A stretch of DNA of 64,000 bases from Okamejei kenojei (taxonomy: Eukaryota), in contig CM069143.1 in assembly GCA_035221665.1 (NCBI GenBank), forward strand, positions 25,606,001-25,670,000, read 5' to 3'. Position 1 is the stretch's first letter; each line of letters opens with the position of its first letter. Of the stretch, positions 12,095 to 24,040 are shown in pieces. The position numbers and the translations under genes are program-made. The notes under the pieces were generated by a model. The model saw only the letters and a list, made by a program, of their open reading frames with translations. It searched no databases and was not told the DNA's origin.

Positions 12095-12825
12095 GAGACC
12101 CTCGGAAGCAACTTTTTCACACAGAGGGTGGTGGATGTATGGAACAAACTGCCAGAGGAGATAGTTGAGGCAGGTAATACAACAACATTTAAAATACATG
12201 TCAACCGGTACATAGATGGGAAAGGGTGCGAGGTGTGGGGATAAACAGCGGCAAATGAGTCTGGCTCACGCAGACAATTTGGTCTGCATGGAACAGTTGG
12301 GCAGAACGGCCTGTTTCCGTGCTGCATAATTCTGTGGCATAAGCCGGTGTGCATCGGTGGCCTCGTCATGTCTACCCGATGCTTGCGGCCAATTGCGTTT
12401 ACACTTCGAATGAATACACAGTTTAGTGATTTGGATTGTGTGTGTGTCTTCCGTATTCTAAAGTAATCGTTTTTGTTACTTGTCAGATCCATTTCCGAGA
12501 GTCTGAACTTGGAGGGCACAGCTTGAAGGTGGGAGGGAAAAAGTTTCAAGGAGATGTATAGGGTGAGTTTTTATTGTACACAAGGGTGATAGGTGCGTGG
12601 AACGCGCTGCCGGGGGTGGTGGTGGAGGCAGATACGACAGTGGCATTGAAGAAATTATGGATAGGCACATGGATATGCAGAGAATGGGGTGATGGAATGG
12701 AGCTCAGACATCATGAGCCGAAAGGCCTGTTCTATGTGTGGAAATGAACTGCAGATGCTGGTATACACCGAAGATAGATACGAAATGCTGGTGTAACTCA
12801 GCGGGTCAGGCGGCATCTTTAGAGA
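12095..12825 (+). mobile_element. Cluster of CR1 3' fragments followed by an inverted Penelope-tail fragment
   Basis: TTTTTCACACAGAGGGTGGTGGATGTATGGAAC-type CR1 motifs twice; 12740-12820 is the reverse complement of the hammerhead-element tail. Confidence 0.65.
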
Positions 12826-14129
12826 AACGGCCCAAAATGGCACTCCAGAGATGGTACTGTTCTACGTTCTATGTCTGAGATTGACCGCGGGGAGAAGCAC
12901 AGACACTTGGGGGTGAAAACGCCCATCGCTGGCCACACGGCAGTTGATGAGCCAGCGGACCCGGGACAAATAGCAACCTCGCGGGAGAAGGGCTCGGCAC
13001 AAAGGGTTAAAGCAGTCCCGGGCTGGGGATGTGGAGCCAGAGCGGGGCCGAATGCGGGGCACATCGGGACGGGAGGTACTGACAACACAGTGGTGCGGCG
13101 ATGCCAGCGAGCTGCCCGGCGTGTTTGATGTTCAAGAGAGAAGCTTCGGTTTCTGCGTCTAATTAACTCCAGCGGGCAGCGTTTCCTGGCCGCTAACTCT
13201 CATTACATTCTCCATATTTAATTATTCACAGGTGTCTTTCAGGCTGTAGATGAAAGCAACTAGCCCACTCTTGCTTAAACAACAATCCGGATTATTGCAA
13301 TTAGATTCAACTAAAGGAGATCAATTAACTCGGGAAACCCCAAACTGTTGTTTTCCACAGCGCCGCGCTCCAGCGTTCCAAATGTTCACTCGGTCATATT
13401 TACATTTGACGTCGTTATAGAGTAACAGTCACACGTCCACATGAACTCTAAAACATGCCCTTCGGCCCAACTTGTCCATGTCGAACAAAACGTCGCATCA
13501 AAGCCAATCACATTTGGCCGCATTCTGCCCATATTCTTCTAAACGTTCCTATCCATGTATCATGTACTTTTCCTATCCATGTATCCAAATATCTCACAAA
13601 TGATATTATAGTACATGCCTGAACTATCACCTCTGGCAGCGATTTCCATATACCTCTGTGTGGAGATTGTTGTTCATAGCCGTTTATGTTCTAAGTTAAG
13701 ACAATTTGAAAGGCTGGATATTAAAGCATTGAATCCGGCCACGGACACAAGAACAAGAGCGTTGCTTGGGTTTGGAAGTAAATGGGAAAGCGAGCGCTGC
13801 CCGAGGACACCTGCGGACGCGACGGGGAGACAGCGGTGCGCTCTGTGTATTCGTGCGACGGGTGCAGCTGAATGATTAGTGGTCAGCATTAGGGGGCATT
13901 CCCGGCAAGAGTGGGGAACGAACCTACCGACTGCAACTGGTACATTCAACACAGAAAGCTCCTTCTGAACAGCCGCAGCTCCAGCTAACGACCTGGGCCT
14001 GTCCTATAGATAGGGCGATTGCAGAAATGCTCTGCCGCTGGTTCTCCCGATCTGGCCCTGCCCGCCGAGTTTGTTCTTGATTTGTCTCCTCACCCGCTCC
14101 CTCGTCCATCCAAAACAAATCACTAGGCA

Positions 14130-14525
14130 GAGGGTTCTGAGCTGTAGGGAGAGGGTGTGCAGCCTAGGGCTTTATCCCTAGGAGCTCAGGAGTGTGAGGG
14201 TGATCTAATAGAGATGTATAAGATCACGGCGGAGGATGGGGTGGTGGTGGGGGTCGGGGGGGGAGGGGTAGGGGGAATGGAAAGTCTAATAGGGTGAGTG
14301 TAGGGCTAAAGGCAACAACCTCAGCGCGTAGCCTTGGAAAGATGACAAGGTGGAATTTCGTTAGTCAGAGGGTGGTGAATCTGTGGAATTCATTGCCACA
14401 GTTAGTTGTGGAGGCGGTCATTTGGTGTTTTTTAAAAGGGGAGATTGACAGGTTTTGGTTGGTAAGGGTGTCAAGGGTTACGAGGAGAATACAGGAGAAT
14501 GAGGTTGCGGGGAGAAACAGATGAT
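14130..14525 (+). mobile_element. CR1 3' fragment
   Basis: NFVSQRVVNLWNSLPQLVVEA...FLKGEIDRF. Confidence 0.7.
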
Positions 14526-17087
14526 ATCAGGACTGTTTTTCAAAGGAGTCTGGATTCTCTTTAATGTAGGCTATCTGAGACTATCTGAGTGCTTGGAGCC
14601 AACATCTCCAGCTCTGCCAAGCAGTTCTGTATGCCGGCTCCGTTGCAAGGATAATTTTGTTGCTGTTATTTTTCCATGAGCCGCAACATTATGCTCGGCC
14701 TTTAGCCGTCATTTTAACGTTGTCTAGGCAACCGTGTTCCTGCGGAGTTGTGACCCAGGACCACTACAGTACAAAGCCAGGCGCCGCTTTGAAGATAGAC
14801 AACATAGGCTCAGATTTATGGGGGGGGGGGAAATAACCTGGGGGGGGGGGGGGGAAATAACCTAAAATATGGCTGAACTATCTCAGAGTATTTAACGGGG
14901 TTTTGGAGAGACATATTTTACCGCTAATGTGATTATTTAAGGTGTTAATTATTTTCTTTTACCATTTGCTAGCAACGCATGAACACATGTGAGTCGTTTT
15001 ATTAATTGCAACAATTTCTTAATCGCAAGCTTCGTCCGGTTTTACTCTCTAAATGCGGAACTAGTTTTCATTTAATTGTGCACCATTAGCACGGCATTCT
15101 GTTTCTGAATGTATTACTGTTTCTGAGTCCGCTCGGCATTATCTCTGCACACAGATCGGGGCAGATTTTAATTGTTTGAAGATGGTTCATTGCAATAAAC
15201 ATTCCTTATATTTGAGAAGTACTGTGGAGCCACACGAGAAGAGGTTTGCTTTTAAATACAAATGCAGTCGGAAGAAACACGTATGGCCGGCTTAGCGAGA
15301 GTAACAAAAGACGAGGCTCTGAAAGTAGCAGACTGACAGTACTATGGCTCTATGATCTTTGACTATGGCCACACGCACTACAGGCTTCCGCTTTGAAGAA
15401 AATTGTGTTGCGGGTGTCAGGTTTCCGTCAACTGCGCCGAATGCGCGCACTCTGGTCTGTGAATAGGGCCGGTTACACCATCGCTGCGCATTAAATCAGG
15501 GTTGTACCAGATTACACCCCCAAACTGCCGAGACTCGGCACCAGATATAAGAGCACTTACACTGATCACCTGAAGTGTTGAAAATGCTTCCTATCAGAAA
15601 CAAAAGTATTTATTTTCCCTGACCAACTACACGCCGCCTCGGTTTCGTCGTGTTCACACGCTGGAGGAAGCCTCGCTGATAACCAGGTTGTGCCGCTGGT
15701 GGACCGAGCAAACTTATGAATGCTTTCGCATCTGTTTCACATTCAGCGACGCGGAATATGAAAGCGATGTCTGGGCGGCACTAACCGGCCGAGGATCTCA
15801 GCAAAGCTCACGTGTACCCCCGAACCTGCCACCTTTAGTTCTCTCATCCAGAAACTTAGTTTGTAAAGGTAATACAGTTTGACATGCAGCACTATTTGAT
15901 CTTACTAGGAGACGGTCTTCCGTTAAAGCTGGACTCTTCTCGTTCAAATGGGCTGTTTAAAAGGCCGTTATCTACAACGTGACACGATATAAGCGTGCTT
16001 TAATTACTGGGTAGTGATCGAACAGAGAGGGAGGCGTCTTTTTTTTTGCACCGCTAGAATATATCTTGAAAATCAATCAGGGGCCCCTATTACTGTACAC
16101 AGCTGGTACGGTAATGCTCTTTGCTGAGAATTGATTGATTGCAGCAAGGTACTTTAAAAATAGAGGGGGGTGAGGAAGAAAACACACCGGCAAGAGAATG
16201 AAATTAGGTCAAAGTAATTTACCTGCTCAGGGGGTGGGGATGAAATATAACGCGGAGATGACAAAAAAAAATCTATTTGCATTCAACCTAGTTCAGAGCA
16301 AAGGTTCAGAGTAAACTAAAGGACCTCATCTTGAATGCGTGGCCAGTTTTATTTGCGTAAACTCAAAAGGAATAGCATTAGATGAAATAATGTCTGCTCG
16401 CCTGGCGCTGTCGTGTTGGGGTGACACGGTTCTATGGTGGTTCCAATAAAGAATGGTGTTGGTGAGGTGGAGGTTGTTAAGGAACGGGCGTTTGTTTAGG
16501 AGTTAAGAAAGAGGTGGATTGTTGTTTGTAGTCTGCGAGGGATTGAGCAATGTTTTTGATAAGATCCACATGGCGGTCTGGTCAACAGAGTACAGCCCAC
16601 GATTCAAGGCGATTGGCACGGTGGGTGGAAAACAATGCTTGATAATTGCTGTGACTGCTTCTAACTAGTGCTCCAAGCGTTCAGTACTCGGTTATTTGCT
16701 TGTTGCAACATGCATCACAGTGCTATTTCCCCCCCCCCCGATCCAAATGTTGGGGCATCATCAATAAGTTTATAAGTAATACAGTTTACTTAAAAGCGAG
16801 GAAGGTAGCTGTGCGCTGCAGGGGAGTTGATCCGGAGATTTAGGCAGAAAAGTGGGAAATTTAATTTAATCCCGAGGGAGATGAGAGGATGTTATAGGAA
16901 CAGCGGACCTGCGCCGTCTCACAAAATATAAGTATCTAGAAGAGTAATTGAATCGCCAGTGCATAAGGTTACAGATCAAATGCTGTAACTAAAATTCGTA
17001 GAGATAGGTAATTGACGAACAGCATTGTCATAATGGGCCGAAGGGCACATTTCTATGTTGTATGACTCCACGTTCCTATCTACAAAA

Positions 17088-17226
17088 GGAATAGGTGAGG
17101 TTTTGGCTCGACCTGAAATGTCACCTATTCATTTTCACCACAGATGCTACCTGACCCGCTGAGTTACTCCAGCTTTTTGTGTTTATCTTCGGTGTAAACC
17201 AGCATCTGCAGTTTCTTCCTACACAT
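17088..17226 (+). mobile_element. Penelope-derived hammerhead element copy with a short inverted 5' piece
   Basis: CTCGACCTGAAATGTCACCTATTC...AGATGCTACCTGACCCGCTGAGTTACTCCAGC...CAGCATCTGCAGTT; the upstream GAATAGGTGA is complementary to TCACCTATTC. Confidence 0.7.
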
Positions 17227-19195
17227 TCTATGTACAATACATCTTAATAGTGCAGAATCTAATAGCTGAGAGGTTATGCCAGGACTTTGTTAGAACTTCT
17301 GTCCGAAGTCCGTGTTTCACAAGCAAACATAAGATGTCGCTGGGAAGGAATATCCTTCCAATAATTCCCTCAGGTGAGAAATATCCTTTTTTCCAAGCTG
17401 TTGTTAAGATTTTGTGCACAGATGAATACTTCTCTCAGCTTTATACTCATCACATGAATATCCACAAAGTGACGTTACCGGAAATACTAACTACTGCAAA
17501 GTTAGTTTGGATGTCTCTGCCTGCGAAATTTTGGCTGGGTCGGAATCAGGTTGTAATGTTGTGAATCTTCATTAAATAGAAATCGTCTAATATGGAATTT
17601 CCTGTGCGCACGTGAGACTCCAGTTATACACGGCAGCGTGGTTCATTACTGAACGTTGCATGGCCGGCGACCTCTTCACTACTACTGCCAGCGTCTCTGG
17701 ATACAAGGAATAGTCTCGGAACGTTCGCTGTGCCTCGCCTCTCCCCTGCATTCAAAAGAGAGTTAGATAGAGCTCTTACTGCGAGCGGAATAAGGGATAT
17801 GGGGAGAAGACCAGCCATGATCACACTGAATGGCGGTGCTGGCTCGAAGGGCTAAATAGCCTACTCTTGCACCTATTGTCTATATATCTATGTAATCTGA
17901 CATTTTCCGTTCTTATTTCGGACTTGCAACACCTGGAAACACATTGGCTTCTTCCGGGGATAAAATGGTTTCTTCTCAATGACCACAATTAGTCACCGAT
18001 ACAGATGTATGCGGACACAGTTCCGCGTTCAGTTAATGACCTTCGATCTAAAAAGGAAAGTTTTATTGAACCTGACGGCAACTGTCGTGTCATCAGCTGC
18101 GATGAAATGTCACACATTTGTCACATTAGCTCTCTCTCCGCAGATGCTGGCCGGCCAGAGGAGTTGCAGTTTTCTGTTTTTACTGGTCCTCTCGGTAACA
18201 TGCAGCCTCGCTGTCCAGGAAGGCCCGTACTGTTCCACGCCGGGTGCGCTGCGTGTCTCGGTGAGGGCCGATTCGGGCAGAATTTTAATCCGATCGCCTC
18301 TTGAGAGCGGATTAGACACTTATGATTTTGGAATGTAGCACTGTGGATAAAGGCCGTTCGATCCATCGTTTCCATGCCTACTTATGCCAATCCCACTTCC
18401 CGGCGCTCAGAATGCTACGGGGTTTCTATGCTCTGGTATTTGTTACTCCACACCGTGCCCATCCCTCAGCGATGGGAATGCGTCAAAACCCACAGCACGG
18501 AAACATGCCCTTTCGGTTCATCGCGTCCATACCGACCAAGTTGCCTCATAGCCCACCATTCAGTTAGACTCATTGTGTACGCGCGGTCCATATCCCTCTA
18601 AACCTTTCCTATCTCCTCTCTATTCATAAATTTATGTTATAGGAGCAGAATTGGACCATTCGGCCCATCGATCTGCTCCGCCATTCAATCATGGCTGAAG
18701 TATCCCTCTCAGCCCCATTCCCATGCGCACTGATTATTCGGCAATAACCAATCCAACTGAAGCATCCTATCTACTACAGAGCAGCCCTACGCTACCATCT
18801 ACATCTGACTATCTTTGATCGGACGTTACAGGGCTTTATCTTGCACTACGAGATATTACGTTATTCCCTTTATCGTGCATCTGTCCACTGTGGATGACTC
18901 GATTGTAGTCGATTGTAGTCGTGTACAGTCTTTCCACTGACTGGTTAGCGCGCAACACCAGCTCTTCACTGTATGTCGGCACAAGCGGCATCGACCTAAA
19001 CTCAAACTCAAGCTTAGCACCCCGCCCGCCGCCATTCGACCCGGGACGTTGAGATTCACTGAACTGTTGGAACCGCGTTGTCTGAACACCTTTCCAGCGA
19101 GGTAAAGGTGAGAAAGAAGTACACGAGAGGAAGATTTGTCTAAGTTGTATACTTTAATTATTCCACATATATTTTTTACAGTTTTTACATTGGAG

Positions 19196-19291
19196 TCTGA
19201 AGAAGGGGCTCGACCCGAAACGCCACCCATTCCTTCTCTCCAGAGATGCTGTCTGTCCCGCTGAGTTACTCCAGCATTTTGTGTCTATACA
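19196..19291 (+). mobile_element. Penelope-derived hammerhead element with ~14-bp TSD
   Basis: TTTTTACATTGGAG (19182-19195) and TTTTTACATTTGGAG (19292-19306) flank TCTGAAGAAGGGGCTCGACCCGAAACGCC...GCATTTTGTGTC. Confidence 0.8.
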
Positions 19292-19334
19292 TTTTTACAT
19301 TTGGAGCTAATATATGATTATTTTTTGTGTGCCC

Positions 19335-19900
19335 AAATTGCTTAGCTTGTTTAGTGGCACATTTGTAGTTGGCATTGTGCTTACCCACACTGTCATGGGT
19401 GTAAAGTGGAGCAGAGCAGGAACTATGTGCACAGCCTTGAGGTGTAGTTTTCTTGATGGTCATTGAGGAGTCGACGTTGTTACCAATCCACATTGACTGT
19501 GGTCTGCTAATGAGGAAGCCAAGATCCAGTTGCAAACTGAGGCACAAAGGCCCAGGTCTTAGAGCTTGGATTTGAGTTTGGAGGAAATGATTATGTTGAT
19601 CGCTAAGATGTAGTCGACATACAGCAGCCTGACGTGTCGAGGTGGTCCAAGGCAGTGTAGAAAGCCAGTGAGGTAGCACCTGCTGTTGCCCTGTTATGGC
19701 AATTGGCAAGTGAATGCAGATCCAGCTAATTTTGCGGCAAGAGTTCATTGGTGCCATGATCAGCCCCATCCAACCACCTCATTATGGTGGATGTAACAGC
19801 CACCATACCATAGTCATTGTGGCAGGTCACTGCTCTTCCTGGCACCTGCACAATAGCTGCTCCTTTAAAGCAGGTGGTACCTTGGGCCATAGAAGCGAGA
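19335..19900 (-). mobile_element. Rex1-like RT fragment, degenerate
   Basis: Minus-strand translation has LDLGFLISRPQSMWIGNNVDSSMTIKKTTPQGC...PLYTHD and TCHNDYGMVAVTSTIMRW (equivalent to NDYRPVALTS.IMK). Confidence 0.65.
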
Positions 19901-19914
19901 GGTTGAAAATGTTT

Positions 19915-20216
19915 AAGGGCGCCACAGTGGCGGTAGAGTTGTTGCTCTACAGCGCCGTAGACCCAGGTTTGAACCTGACCTCCGGAGCTGCCTGTATGGA
20001 GTTTGTATCTTCCCCCTCCGACTGCGTGGGTGTTCTCTGGGTGCTCAGGAATTCTCTGATACTCCAAAGACGTACATGTTTTTAGGTTAATTGGCTTCGG
20101 TAAAAACAATTGTAAATTGTCCCTGGTGTGTAGGATAGTGCTAGTGGTCGTTGGTCGGCGTGGACCCAATGGGCCGAAGGGCTTGTTTCCCTATTGTATC
20201 TCTAAACTAAACTAAA
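19915..20216 (+). mobile_element. tRNA-derived SINE (HE1/V-SINE-like)
   Basis: Pol III A/B-box-like head (GTGGCGGTAGAG...GGTTTGAACC), central GGAGTTTG...GACTGCGTGGGT domain, CR1-like tail GGGCCGAAGGGCTTGTTTCC and (CTAAA)n end. Confidence 0.8.
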
Positions 20217-21149
20217 ATGTTCTTGAATGCTCCAGCCAGTCAATGCGTAAGATCTTCAGCACTGGGCCAGATATGCCGAATGGGCCAGACACCTAAAGCA
20301 AAGTATGATCTGACATTGGGCTCAGAGACTCAGATTAGAGGATTGTCGGTGGCTATGAGGGGGTGCAGCCAGTCAGTACACACAGATCGGCACTGCCAGA
20401 CACACCAAATGGACCGGGTGATTTTCTTGGATGTTCTGACAACTTTGGAATCCATCATCAAAATGGATCAGATCTGTTAGAGATTCATTTTCTATATATT
20501 TGACCTCTCTAGCACCAAGGAATAAAAAATGCCCACTCCTTATTGAATATATTTAATGATTTGATTCGTATACTTCCTGGAGCAGAGAATTCCATTGGTT
20601 GACCACATTGGGAGAGGGGGGGGGGGGGAGAGATTTCTCCTCATCCGACTCTTCCTCAATTTACTGTTCATCCCTGGACAGCGAGCCCTGGTCCTGGCAG
20701 CCTCGGCCATGGGAACAACTTTATAATTGGAGGGGCGATATCTATTAGCGATAGGATGGGTAGGTTTGCAACAGAGCACATTAAGCTGGTTCGTCAAACC
20801 CCACCACTCACCAGTTTCATACATCACAACGCTAAAAACGTTGTATTAAAGGTAATTACTTTCTCCATTAATATAGATCTAGAATAGGAGGATCATAGCA
20901 CTGATCCCGTGGCACTCCAGTAGTTAGAGCTGGCCGAGACACAAACATTTGTTCATTCCAATTCTGCTATTTCCTGTCCTTCTCTGCATTATAAGACTAC
21001 CCCCCCCCCCCCCCACCACCCCCGCCCCCCCCCCCAGGCCTTAAGAACTTTGCTGTGGAATAAATATTGGGTCTTTTTTCAAATAAGGACCTGACGGAAC
21101 TTTTTACATATCCCCATGAGAGAGCAAACATGGCCCAATTTAAACATCA

Positions 21150-21705
21150 CACCTGAGAGCGAGAAGAGAGTGTGTGTATGTGTGTGGCGTATGCATTTGT
21201 GTGTGAGAGAAGTGAGATTGGGGTAGGGAGAGGAGTGGAGTGGAGTAGAAATAGAGAGAGAGAGAAATTAAGAAAGGAAAACAGGGGAGAGCGACTCAAG
21301 TGGGATAAAGGATGAGGGATAGAGAGAGAAAGAGAGAGGATGAGAAAAGGGGTGGGAGGAGGGAGGTGAGAGAGTGGGAGAATGAAATGGAAGACAGAGG
21401 GAGGAGTGAGTGAGGGAGAGGGAGGAGAGTAAAGCGAGGGAGGAGGGAGCGCGGTGAAGGGAGAAGAGAGAAAGGGAGAGAGCAAGAGAGAGAGGGGAAA
21501 GGGAAATAAAGAGGGGGGAGCGAGAGTGAGAGAGCAGGAAGAAGGCGAGAGGAGTGGGAGGGGGAAGCGAAAGAGGGGATGAAAGTGAGGGAAGAGGGAA
21601 GGAGGGAGAGTGAGGGAGGGGATTGAGAGGAAAAGAGAGAGAGAAATTGGGGAGAAGGAGAGGTAGACAGAGAAAGAAGGAGAGCAGGGAGGAGGGAAAG
21701 GGAGT
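21150..21705. repeat. Polypurine (GA/GGA) low-complexity tract
   Basis: About 500 bp almost entirely G and A on the plus strand. Confidence 0.9.
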
Positions 21706-23184
21706 GTTCTGCCCCAGCTTCCTATAGACTCTGCACTGCAGTCTCTGCAATGAGGCTGTGAAGCATGATCCTGTGACTCGGAGGTGTGAGTACCGCAGCG
21801 TGTGCTACAGCCGACACCTCATCAAATTAAAGAATGGAAAATCATGGGCTGCATGTCAGCAATGTTCTGAGAAGCAATGAATGTCATTTTTAATTTAAAA
21901 CATTGAAAGTAAATATATGATTAATTGCTTGCGGTTATGCTGATCTTGTTTCAATGAGTAATGTAATGAGGCCAAATTCCTTGAGCTGTCATTGGAGAAT
22001 GACAGCGATTCTGGTGCAAGTGAGCATACGGTTGCACTGCCAGTTATCAGTCCCATTTAAATCCAGAATTTGATTAGGTCGGTAATAGAACTAAGGTGGG
22101 AGAACCTCTTTTATCTTCTCCTCCAACTCTCAGCCACTTCTAATTTCACCTGTCATGTCGACACTCTCTGTGACAAATGTAGTGAGAATCTGATCCCTCA
22201 TTTTCCACACCGCTCCTTCCCATGTCTTCCTTTCTCCTCAGTCACGACCCTAAATCTTAGTTCACTTTCAGACGGGAAAAATATCTATTTGTCAGACTGC
22301 CCTTACAGTGAGGGGAGCCTCTTGTCAAAGGGGCCCACTTGATTCTGTTCCCATTCATATGTTCAGGCAGAACAAGAATTTCCTTGGGCTTTTTGACACT
22401 GTGTTAATTAATTTTTCTACAAAATACTATCATGGGAACACGTTCATTCAGAACACTCAGAACCCATATGTTGTACAAGGTTGGTTTTGCATATGTTATT
22501 CCGAAGGATGACGTGCGAAGCTAAAGATTTGTTCCGCCTGTTTGACAACATTGTGGGATATGTGGCTCGGTTGTTTTTTTTTAAATGTATTTTAATGAAT
22601 AATGCTTCAATGTAGTATGCTTGCGGCCGTTCCCTTCCAATAACTGGTCATACCAACACTTAATGACCAATAATACAGAACCCTATTTGACAGCAAATGG
22701 AAATTATTGAGCCTCACAATTATGGAAAAATAAATTGATTTATTTAATGAACTGAACGTTCAACATGTGTACATCTGCTTATATTCCAAGTTCACTTTGT
22801 AATCTCCCAAACTCTAGAATGTTCTCAATCTCTGCACTCTTACAATTTAATTGCTTCACTATTGGGAGAGAGTAAGTATATGCTGGCTACACCTTCACTA
22901 TCCCTCCTCTATGGAATTCTCACCTTATACACACCCAATTCTTTCGAGAGCTTTCACACTCTCCCCATCACTCCTCCAACAAACCCATCGCCCTGCACAG
23001 CTTCTGATCACCAGCCCTAATCCATACTTTATTTATCGCCTGCTGTCAGTTTCATGCAATAGGACCACATTTTACAATGTTAACTACGCTTTAAACTTGC
23101 AAATGATTGTTGTTGCTGTATATTGCAATTATCATTCACAACTCTCTTCCTTCACTAGATGACTAACGATGCATGTTATTAAAA

Positions 23185-24040
23185 AAACACGCACAAATGT
23201 CCGGAAAACTCAATGGGTCAGGCAGCGTCCTCCGGAAGAAATGGGATGGGGGAGTTAAAGTCTGAAGAGGGAATCCCAACCCAAGGTGTCCTTCACCTCC
23301 CCCCTCCACTCTCCTTTCATGGCCCCAAGCAGCCCTTCCAGTCCGAACAAGGATCCCCCGCACCTCACCAACTCGATCTACTGCACCGCGCTCCAATGCC
23401 AGCTGATCTATATCGGTGAGGCCAAGCGGAGGCATGGCGATCGTTTCGGCCGGAACACCTCCGCTCGTCCGCAATACCAACCCGACCTCCCGGTGGCTCA
23501 CACTTCAACTCCCCCTCCCATTCCGTATCCGACCTCTCTGTCCTGGCCTTCACTCCACGGCCCGAGCGAACAACACCGCAAGTTGGAGGAACAGCACCTC
23601 ATATTCCGCCTTGAAGTCTGCAACCTCTGGGCTTGAAACATTTAATTTTCCTCATTCTGTTAACCCTGAGCGCGATGGTCTCGCTCTTCCACCTCCGCGA
23701 CCTCTCCGCTGCAGCCCGCTGGGGTCCCTGCATTCCTCTTCTCTCTCCTATCTCCTCTCCCCAGCACCCAAGTCGAACTAGCTTCTCATTTTCACACTAC
23801 CAAACAGCTTACAATGCCTGTTTCTTATCATCGAAACTAGATTTTTGCGCGCAAATCTTTTCGCGAGTGCTATAGTTCACTTACATCTATCCACATCACT
23901 GTCTATATCTCGACGTGATTCCTTCCTCGCCTGATCCCTAACCAGTCTGAAGAAGGGTTTCGAAGCCTCGAACCGTCGCCTAATGCGGCCTTCGCTCCGT
24001 TGATGCTGCTGCGCGCCCGCTTAATTTTCTCACCTTATTG
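23185..24040 (+). mobile_element. Penelope-like element 3' fragment: GIY-YIG endonuclease plus pseudo-LTR with hammerhead motif
   Basis: SIYCTALQCQLIYIGEAKRRHGDRF...PDLPVAH...RKLEEQHLIFRL (GIY-YIG). Downstream CAGTCTGAAGAAGGG...CGTCGCC...GATGCTGC at 23942-24035; an inverted tail fragment lies upstream at 23185-23245. Confidence 0.85.

Noticed and set aside
19915-19990. tRNA-like sequence
   Set aside because: It is the head of a SINE, continuing into SINE body and LINE-derived tail; not a tRNA gene.
21147-21750. Leu/Ser/Pro-rich ORFs
   Set aside because: Product of the polypurine tract.
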